From: a virus
Taxonomy: Duplodnaviria; Heunggongvirae; Uroviricota; Caudoviricetes
Length of the DNA stretch: 22,381 bases
Direction: 5' to 3' (one strand)
Virus record (IMG/VR): IMGVR_UViG_2585427768_000008
Location: 1-22,381 of that record
In this document: piece by piece, positions 1 to 8,600 of the stretch
How positions within the stretch are numbered: the first letter of the stretch is position 1
Layout of the letters: each line of letters opens with the position of its first letter
Program-made: the position numbers and the translations under genes
Notes under the pieces: generated by a model
What the model was told of the DNA's origin: nothing
The model's database searches: none
What the model saw: the letters and a program-made list of their open reading frames with translations, nothing else

Positions 1-504
1 AGCATCAGAACCTACGCAGTGAATTGCAATGACGCATGGCTAAACACCGAAGGTGATGACATCTCCGGCTCATACGTTAAGTACAAAGACCATCAGGAAG
101 TGGTTGCCGCTCTTGAGGCCAAGTGCGCGGCGCTGGCTGCTGAGAATGCGGGAATAAAGTCTGCAATTCCAGAATCACGGGATATTGAGGATGACAATGA
201 CAATATGGATGACGTATCTCTCGCGGAAGACTTCGGGTTCAATCATGCAATAGAACGGATGAGGAGACAGATACCTGAAACGCCAACCACTGATGCTTTC
301 CTGGCTGAAGTCCGGGCGCAGGGGGTGGATGCTGCTATAGAAGCTGCAAAAAATCTGGTGGCCCAAGAATATGAGTATAAGGATTTCAAAGCGGCGCAGA
401 GTGATTGCTGTATGCACCCTGGTTCAGACCTGGTAGGGAAGGTTGAAATGACTGAGTGGTTAGTTGACTTTGCTGCCCAGCTTCGCAAAGGAGGCAACCA
501 GTGA
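1..504 (+). CDS. Ead/Ea22-like prophage protein, probably 5'-partial at window edge
   Basis: ORF frame is open from position 1 (first in-frame start is GTG at 19); stop TGA 502-504 overlaps the next start (GTGA). Acidic, coiled-coil-like sequence typical of small lambdoid early-left accessory proteins. Family assignment from memory only. Confidence 0.55.
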   Translation, partial: SIRTYAVNCNDAWLNTEGDDISGSYVKYKDHQEVVAALEAKCAALAAENAGIKSAIPESRDIEDDNDNMDDVSLAEDFGFNHAIERMRRQIPETPTTDAFLAEVRAQGVDAAIEAAKNLVAQEYEYKDFKAAQSDCCMHPGSDLVGKVEMTEWLVDFAAQLRKGGNQ

Positions 505-986
505 GCGAAATTAATTACCAGGCACTGCGTGAGGTGGCGGAACGTGCAATTCCAGCAATGGAACGCCTGTTAATGTTGCCAGCTGATGATGACTTGTTAA
601 GTGAACAGGAACTTAAAGATTACGGTGTGGATATTGATGCGCTCAACGCCTTCAAATTTCTGACCGGACCAGAAACCGTGCTGGCACTGCTGGATGAACG
701 GGAAAGAAACCTGCAATACATCAAAAGCCGCGATCAGGAGAACGAGGATATTGCGCTAACGGTAGGGAAGCTGCGCGTTGAGCTTGAAGCAGAAAAACAG
801 CGGGCAAAAGTTCTATTTATGGAAAATGCTCGGCTTAAGTCAGGCATAGCCGGTCTGATACACCTCGGTATTCGATATGCAGATGTTGAGGTCATGAAAA
901 TTGCTGGAGATGCCCAGCTTTCTACCCCATGCACTGACAGCATCATAAACAGCATTGCAACAGGCATTCGCATCAAAGGAGAGTGA
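501..986 (+). CDS. Ead/Ea22-like prophage protein
   Basis: 161-aa ORF, GTG start preceded by AGGAGG, translationally coupled to the upstream gene. N-terminus MSEINYQALRE resembles Ead/Ea22-family proteins as I remember them. Confidence 0.6.
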   Translation: MSEINYQALREVAERAIPAMERLLMLPADDDLLSEQELKDYGVDIDALNAFKFLTGPETVLALLDERERNLQYIKSRDQENEDIALTVGKLRVELEAEKQRAKVLFMENARLKSGIAGLIHLGIRYADVEVMKIAGDAQLSTPCTDSIINSIATGIRIKGE

Positions 987-987
987 T

Positions 988-1503
988 ATGGCGTTAACAC
1001 ACCACGAACTCTGTCAGATTGCGTACAAGTTCCTTAAGCGCAACGGGTTCAAGGTTTGTTTTCATGACCGCTTTATAGCTGTAACCAGTACCGGAGAACA
1101 GCCAGATGCTATGGGATTCAGAAATTCAGCATCATGCCTGATAGAGGCGAAGTGTTCTCGTGCTGACTTGTTAGCAGATAGAAAAAAGCGTTTTCGTAAA
1201 AATCCGTCTCTTGGAATGGGCGACTGGCGATTCTTTATTAGTGAGCCGGGAATTATTTCAATTGAGGATTTACCACCTGGCTGGGGGTTACTTCACGTTG
1301 TTAACGGAAGAGTACGGAAAGTACATGGGTGGCCCAGGGGTAATTGCTGTTGGGGTAATCCTGACGATAAGCCATTTACTGGAAATAAGCAGGTTGAATG
1401 CGATTACATGTTATCTGCATTAAGGCGCATGGAGTTGAGAGGGCACCTTAATGAAATATATGACGGTGTAATTGTTAATAAGAAAGAAGGAAACGCGGCA
1501 TGA
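988..1503 (+). CDS. hypothetical protein with PD-(D/E)xK nuclease-like motif
   Basis: ATG at 988 with AAGGAG 7 nt upstream (the track start at 955 lacks an RBS). Protein contains ...QPDAMGF...(x13)...LIEAKCS, a PD...ExK signature. Stop overlaps next start (ATGA at 1500). Confidence 0.6.
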   Translation: MALTHHELCQIAYKFLKRNGFKVCFHDRFIAVTSTGEQPDAMGFRNSASCLIEAKCSRADLLADRKKRFRKNPSLGMGDWRFFISEPGIISIEDLPPGWGLLHVVNGRVRKVHGWPRGNCCWGNPDDKPFTGNKQVECDYMLSALRRMELRGHLNEIYDGVIVNKKEGNAA

Positions 1504-2228
1504 TCACTATTACCAAAGAGCGACTACTGACAATCAAGCAGTGCCGCGAAACATACGGACCTGGTAGCAACGTTGTACTGCCAGCAGAAGAAGCGGAAGA
1601 ACTGGCACGGATTGCACTGGCATCGCTGGAAGCAGATCCAGTTAAACGAGTTAACTCAGATCAGATGCGCCGAGTCTGCTTAGAAGCTAATCGCCATTTA
1701 GATAAATATGACGCGATGGCGAAAGAGGTAAATAAGTTGCTTGGACGCATCGCCCCGCCAGCGCCGGTAGTGCCGGAAGAAGCAACTCCGGAAAACGTAG
1801 AAATGCTCTCTGGCTATGTTTCCACGTACAAATTAACCGATAGCGAGCGCGATATTGCTGCCGAAATATGGAACGCCTGCCGCGCCGCCATGCTTCAGTC
1901 CGGAAACTTTCGGGAAAATAAAGATTCGTCAACCAATAATTTTCGGAAAATCCCGGAAGCGTCAACCAACCATCCGGTAACTCCGGATGGTTGGATAAGC
2001 TGTAGTGATCGAATGCCAGAAATGGGAGAGCGACAATACTATGTGTTAGCAGCTGACTTTAAAAACAACTACCCACCAAGCATCCCCAACACTCAGGTCG
2101 GCGTATATGGCGACTGGTTTAATGATGGCAATCCCACTTGGGATGACGGTGATGGCGAAGACCTGCATCTCAAAGAAGTAACCCACTGGATGCCGCTACC
2201 AGAACCGCCGAAGGAGGTACGCCAATGA
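1500..2228 (+). CDS. DUF551-type prophage protein
   Basis: 242-aa ORF; C-terminal W/D-rich segment ending ...THWMPLPEPP matches my recollection of the DUF551 signature found in enterobacterial prophage early regions. Confidence 0.65.
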   Translation: MITITKERLLTIKQCRETYGPGSNVVLPAEEAEELARIALASLEADPVKRVNSDQMRRVCLEANRHLDKYDAMAKEVNKLLGRIAPPAPVVPEEATPENVEMLSGYVSTYKLTDSERDIAAEIWNACRAAMLQSGNFRENKDSSTNNFRKIPEASTNHPVTPDGWISCSDRMPEMGERQYYVLAADFKNNYPPSIPNTQVGVYGDWFNDGNPTWDDGDGEDLHLKEVTHWMPLPEPPKEVRQ

Positions 2229-2315
2229 CCTAGCCTGAAGCATTTGCAATTGTAGTGGCTGCCATTTCGATCGCACTGATTGTTTTTGCGATTTTGCCGC
2301 TGGGGGTAAAATAGT

Positions 2316-2507
2316 TCACCTGCATGGAGATTTGATGCCGGGGAATTGTGGGGGAGCATTCAAACCTCTCCCCTTCCCGGTTAAAGACTCCATTGCTTTG
2401 CGGTCAGAGAGATACATCAGCTTCATCAGCTTAATGAAACGCATAGATCCGCCATGCTTTTTCAGCAAATACGCTGCCATTTGCGCAACTTTTTCTTCAT
2501 TAAACAT
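2316..2507 (-). pseudogene. truncated Panacea (DUF4065)/SocA-like antitoxin fragment
   Basis: 63-aa ORF with N-terminus ...AQMAAYLLKKHGGSMRFIKLMKLMYLSDRKAMESLTG, resembling the Panacea LKLQKLLY core, but it ends after about 60 aa where full-length members run 150-300 aa. Confidence 0.35.
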
Positions 2508-2600
2508 AAATCGGCTCTCTGTCTCACATGAAATACTCTTTCTGACTATATGTTAATAGCTCCGGTTATTACAGGTTAATGTGTGTTTATTTCTTAATCA

Positions 2601-2630
2601 GCCCCGCACTTCCGTACGGGGCCATTTCTG
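2601..2630. terminator. GC hairpin between convergent gene sets, possible bidirectional terminator
   Basis: GCCCCG (2601-2606), 10-nt loop, CGGGGC (2617-2622), followed on the + strand by CATTTCTG. Lies immediately 3' of the giant gene stop (2631-2633, minus strand). Confidence 0.4.
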
Positions 2631-5600
2631 TTAATCCACTCCCACTTTTTTGTTGTACTCGCGGTTAAACCGATCCACGGCAACCTTCATATCCCGCTCT
2701 ACCGATTTCACCATCGCCGCCTGCTGCGCCAGACTGAGAGAACTGTCGGCATAAATGGCATCGCGCTGTTTGCGCAAATCCTTCAGTCTCTTCCGGGTAT
2801 CCTGCATAAGCCCGTTCATCAACAATTTTCCGTTGTTCTCGTCAATGAACGCCGTTCTTTCTGCACCGGTCAGACTCTTCAGCTCTGCGTGATACTGCGC
2901 AACCTCTGTCATCCGGTCGTACATCTTCTGCTGGTCTGCATACGGCATCACCTCACCCGAAATTTTCCCCAGGAAGGGCACCTGCTGTTCCGGTATATCA
3001 ATACCATTCAGCGATTTCACCGCCGCATCCGTGGTTTTGGAAATGAAGCGCCCTGTCCCTCCGGAGATATAGTCAATCCAGAATTTCAGCGATTCCGGTG
3101 TGATATCCACCGCGCCGGGACGATACTGGCTGCCACCTGAGAACGCATTCAGCCAGAATGCAAACGCCTTGTACGCTTCTGGCGTTGAACGTCTTCCCAG
3201 CTGGCTGTCAGGTTTTGGTGTACCAAACGGCATGTTCTCCTGGTAAATCTGCGCCCCCATGAAGTTTTCGTTCATGGCAAGATTCGCAAACGGACGCAGA
3301 ATTGTCGGTGCTGCATTTTTCAGCAATGCCCCCGACAACGTTTCCGACGTCTCGCTGCCGATCGGGCTGAATGCCCCCAGGATACCGCCGACAACATTAC
3401 CGGCAGCACGTGAAGCAGTCAGGTCGCCCGCTGCCACACCTTCAGCTGTATGACCAAGCAGGAAGAACACGTTGTACCCGTAAGGCAGAGGAATACTCCA
3501 GTACTCACCGGCCTTGCCCCCGAACATCGATTTCATGATGACGAGGTTACGCTCTTTCACATGAGACGGTACTTTGTCGTACCAGTTACCCCCGTCATCA
3601 TCCTCCCCCGCCACACTGCGGTTAAGCGAGCCAAGCAGATAACCCGCTCCCACAGCTGCAAGCACGATTTTCTGCGGTACATTGAGATTCTTCCAGCGAA
3701 GGCGCTCCAGTAACGGCCCGTCGCCATTAAGATGTCCGAGCGTTCTCACCAGGTTTGCGGTCCCCTGAATGCTGGCGTTGGCAAACATGTACAGCGAGTT
3801 CATCAGCATCCCCTGCTCACCACGACGGTTAAAGTTCACCGTCATGTTTTTGGCAAGAGACGCCGCCTGCTGGCGTGACAAACCGGCATCACGGGCGTGT
3901 TTATAGGCAGAAAGACGCAGAGCGTTTTCAACCGCGCCGTTGGCATCCTCGACCAGGTTCAGGAACGAATGCCATGCACCGATACTCTGGCCTTTCCATC
4001 CGCCCTTCGCCAGCGACACAAGGCGATCCATTTCCTTCTGCTGGCCCTCAAGGTCACCCATGTTAAACCAGCCGGTTTTACCTCCGTCCTCAACAAACTC
4101 TTTCCACACTTTCTGCCACTGTGCGCCTTTGCCCGTGAGGGTTTTACCCCGCAGACTTGCGTATACGGCTGACATGGCGGAACGGCTGTCTTTCACCACA
4201 GCCAGCGCGGATAAGTTATCCAGCTCTTTCAGTTTACCGTCGCTCCTTCCCTGCTCAGCCTTCAGGTTCATCACCGCAGTCTGCACGTCACGGATGAAGT
4301 TACTGACCAGAAATTCCGGGTTATACGACGTGTTCACCGTTGCCAGGAAGCGGTTAACTTTCCCCAGCGTACGGATTACGGCGTTACTGGTTTCCGGCCC
4401 CATGTTCTTCATCGCACGCATCAGGCGCGGATCATGAAGTTTAATGTAGTAAGTTTTGCCGTCCTTTTTGGTGGTGAAGTAGCGATCCGCCATCATTGCC
4501 ATCGGCACAGGGCGCTCGACAACTTCGCGAATGGTTTCACCAGTTTCCTGGTCCTTGCGCTCTGCAATCACACGCATTGTATCCGGTCTGTCATCAGTGA
4601 ATCCCTGCCAGTAATCCTTGTCGGGATTATCCTGTACCAGTTTCAGGAAGGCGTTACCCACTTCATTTTTGCGATTGCGGATCAGCGATTCACTCAAATC
4701 CTGTATCGCCTGAGTGGAAGGAGACTGTGCGCGGGATGCACGCCCCATGGCCTGCTTACTTTCACGCCCGCCGATGGTGAATCCCTTGCCTGTACGTGGC
4801 TGTGACACCACACCGTCAACATCCTGCCCTTTCAGGGGGACGTAGTAACGGTAGGCTTTCTGCCAGGCATCCACCACGCCGCTCTCTTCCAGTCCTGCCT
4901 CACGGATAATCTCACGGCGACGGGCCAGCATATCGTCAATAATCCCTGCCAGACGGTCATACTGTGCCTGTTTGCCGCTGTTACGCACACGCTGCATGAT
5001 TTCCGCCGCTTCCGCGTTGGTCATCCCCGAACCGCCGTCCGGCATTTTCGGGTTGATTTTCGCAATATGCACGTTACGTTCCGGCGCGTGACGGGCGTAG
5101 AGGTACTCATCCAGATCGGCCTGCGCAATTTTGTAGTCCGCCAGCAATTTGGCCAGCGGCTGAACGTAGCGCTCCTTCATTACGTTCAGGTCGTTTTCCG
5201 CCTTCCCGTGGAAGAGTTCTTCAGCCATATAGGCGTTATTGCTGTCATCTATTTTTCCGCCAGTTTTACGGATATTCTCCTGCACCGCCTTCAGCACCTG
5301 GAATTTATCCTGCATCTGGCGAACAAAACGGGATGCAATTGTCTCTTCCGGCGTCAGACTGCTGGTGCGGGAGTAATACGGCCCCTTGCGAATATCTTCA
5401 GGATAGAGTATTTTATCAACAGAGCCGCGATAAGAATGTTCCCCTTTGGGCAATTGGAGCCCTCTGTGCAGAAGGTTATCGCGGCTTAATTTTTCTCTCC
5501 GGTACAACGTTAAACCGGTCATTTCCATACTCTTCAGTTTTTTCCCGTTTTCCGTACCGTAAACAGATGCCACCTTGTTGATTTCCAGGCGCGACCGGAC

Positions 5601-8600
5601 AGCCTTCATGTGTACCGCTGACACCACCGGATCACCATTTTTATCCACGGCATCAAGCAGCATCACAACCGCGTTTCTTTCTGTCGCGGAACGGTAAATT
5701 GCATCCGGATCGTGCATCAGTTCCGGTAGTCTCTCGATAACATCCATCGGCACCACATGTTTCACACCATTGGTGGCCTTACGCACAGTGTCGCGGGAGA
5801 TAACCAGCGGCAAATCTGGTGCGCCAAGGTGACGCAATACCGGCGGCGTACGCCCGATGTTTACCGTTAAATCCGTTGAGCGCAGAGACTTCATCATTCT
5901 GGCAAGGTCATCACGATAACGCTCGCCCTCACCTTCCGGCACTTTGAACGGATCAGGCTTACCGCTACGGGAGTACTGAGACGATGCGTCCGCGCCATCC
6001 TCACGCGGCGTGTAACCTTCCCGCACACGCTGGCCTAACGTGCGAATAGTTTCGCGAACAAGTCTGATATCGTTCAGTTCCGTCGGCTTCAGTAACCCCG
6101 TACGACGCAGTACCCCTTTGACCAGGGCAACAACACGCTCCCATGCCGCCACGAATTTAATCGGCTGCTTCTCTGCCATATGCGCCAGAAATTCACCCGC
6201 CTGCACTTCCGGTGATTCCTTACCATAAGACGCATCAACCTTACGCCAGGCTTCACGGATGGTGGCGTTATCACTGTCACGGGTTTTCAGCACGGTCTTA
6301 ATAATCGTCTGATATTCCGCTGGCGTGACTACATGCTCCATTGCATGGTGAATAATCTCGTGACGTAACTTCTCGCGAACGGTCCGCCCGTCAGGGATGT
6401 TATCCGCCACCAGGACAATTTCACGTTTATCCGGACGATAGAACGCGTGCACCTTGCCGTAACCGTCGAATGATTCCCCCGCCAGTGCTTCAGCCTCTTT
6501 CTGTGACTTCACCACGCGGACCTTCAGGTCACTGTCCTTAATGCCACTAATCACGCCACGGGCAACAGCTTCAACCTGCGGGACCGGACTGCCTTTGGCT
6601 TCCGCACTACGGTTAACATCCGAAATCAGATTGCCTTCAGGTGTGCGGGTCACGCCCTTACGGGAATAAAACGCAACTCCCTTGTCCGTCTCACGGGTTT
6701 TCAGTGTTCGGAACAAGTGATCGAATGCCTCACGAATACCGCCATCCAGTTCTGCATTCGTCGGATAAGCGTAGGTGTCCGGCTGTCCATGGTCATCCGC
6801 CTTACGGATATTGACCAGATAATCATTCTCCACGCCAGCCATACGCGCTTTATCCTGAACATAACGCTCAAAGGCTCGCGCCGCCATTTCAACATCCGTT
6901 GACCAGTACGGTTTTGAACGAACGCCATCCAGGCGTTCAGAACGACGCAACATGTCACTGCTGTTAATGGCTTTCATCACGCCTTTAAACGCGTCGTAAA
7001 CCTCCTGACGTACCGGATATTCCGCATCAACATACCTGCCGTCTTTAAATACGCGCCCGGCACGCTGTGCTTCCGTCATATAGTCGCCACCTGACGTGAT
7101 CTTCCCGTCAGTGGAAACATCATAACGACCAAAATAATTATCCAGTGAATGGAACCATTCGTGGGCCAGCGCCCCCGGTCCGTTACCTTTTGTCAGGTTG
7201 ATTGCCACCTCACCCGGCTCATAGTGTGCCGCCGCCTTACCCTTACCACGGGCACCAAAAGCAAGCCCAAGACGACCGTTCAGAGAAAGCGCTTTTGTCG
7301 GCACGTTCAGCACGTCAGCCAGGTCATGCAGCGAGTCATAAGCCCGGTTCAAATCAGCCTGACGACGCGGACTTTCCACATAATTACCAAACTGCACACC
7401 ACGAAAACCAAACGCATCACTGAACTGCTCCGGCGAAACATCCCCCTTGCGGCGTTCTGGTCCGGTACGATCGCGGTTGGTGGCGTTACGCTGCTCCTCA
7501 CGCGAGACTTCACGCAGCGCCTTCACCTGATTAACCAGCTCATCACGATGTGTGCGCACATAATCATGTGCATCACGGGCAGACTCAAAACCGCCCTTCA
7601 GTTTCTGCCTGTTTTTGCCATAACCGATAAAAATGTCGCCACTGGCCTTATGCCGGTACACGTCAAAGGTTATTCTGTCATCAGCAGAGGTTGCTGGCGT
7701 TTCCCTTTCTCTGGAGCCTTGTTCATCGAAATATGCTTTCGCCTTTTTCAGTAACTCATCCCGGCTTTCCGAGAAAAAGAGGTCGCGCCCCTTGCTATCA
7801 CGAAGCGAATACATCATTTGCGGCGGATCGTAACGTTTTCCCCCGACAAACGAATAAACACCGGACCTGACACGATAGCCGGATGCTTTATCAATCTGCA
7901 ATGCAGAAAGCGTACGGAGCAGTTTCCAGGTATCCGACATGCTCCGTAACCCCGGCTTACTGTCCATCATATCAGCCAGTTTCGCTGCCGGAATTTTCCC
8001 CTCCAGCATACCGGCAGTAGCTTCGCGACCGCTTTTAACAATGCTGATCCATTTCTGCATGTTACGGCTTGTTCTGGTGGGAATTTCACTGCGATACAAC
8101 GCCATCATTGCCAGCGTGTCACTATCCACACCTTCTTTTTCCAGACGGGCATAATCCGGCTTTGGAAACAGTTTGCTCAGTGGTTGTGTCGCGTACTCCC
8201 CATCCTCCAGCGTTTTACCCATAGCTTCAGCAAGCTGCGCATAACGGTGTTTTGCCGCGCCCTTAATCTCCTCGCCAAAGTCTTCAATTTTCGCACCACG
8301 CGCCTGCTGGTGAGTGCTCGGTTTATCTACCGGCACCGGCACCTCAGTATCCGGAACATCGGTTATGGTCTGGCGATTATCCCCGGTCTGTCTGCGTGCT
8401 TCTGCCTGCTGTGCCAGTTCCGGAAGGGAGTCACGAACCATACGAGGGAGTGATTCAGGCTGTGGCATATCAACCCCACGCTGACTTTCAGGTGCAGGAA
8501 GACCTTCACGCACTGGTGCTGTGGCGTTCTGCTCATCCGGTGACGGCAGACCACGACGAACTGTTTCGCCCTCCAGTATTTCCCCCTGGCGACCAGCGGC

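Noticed and set aside
2700-2800. GLMQ tetrapeptide near the giant protein C-terminus, resembling the lytic transglycosylase motif
   Set aside because: The upstream E...S catalytic context of the SLT domain is missing; an isolated tetrapeptide match.
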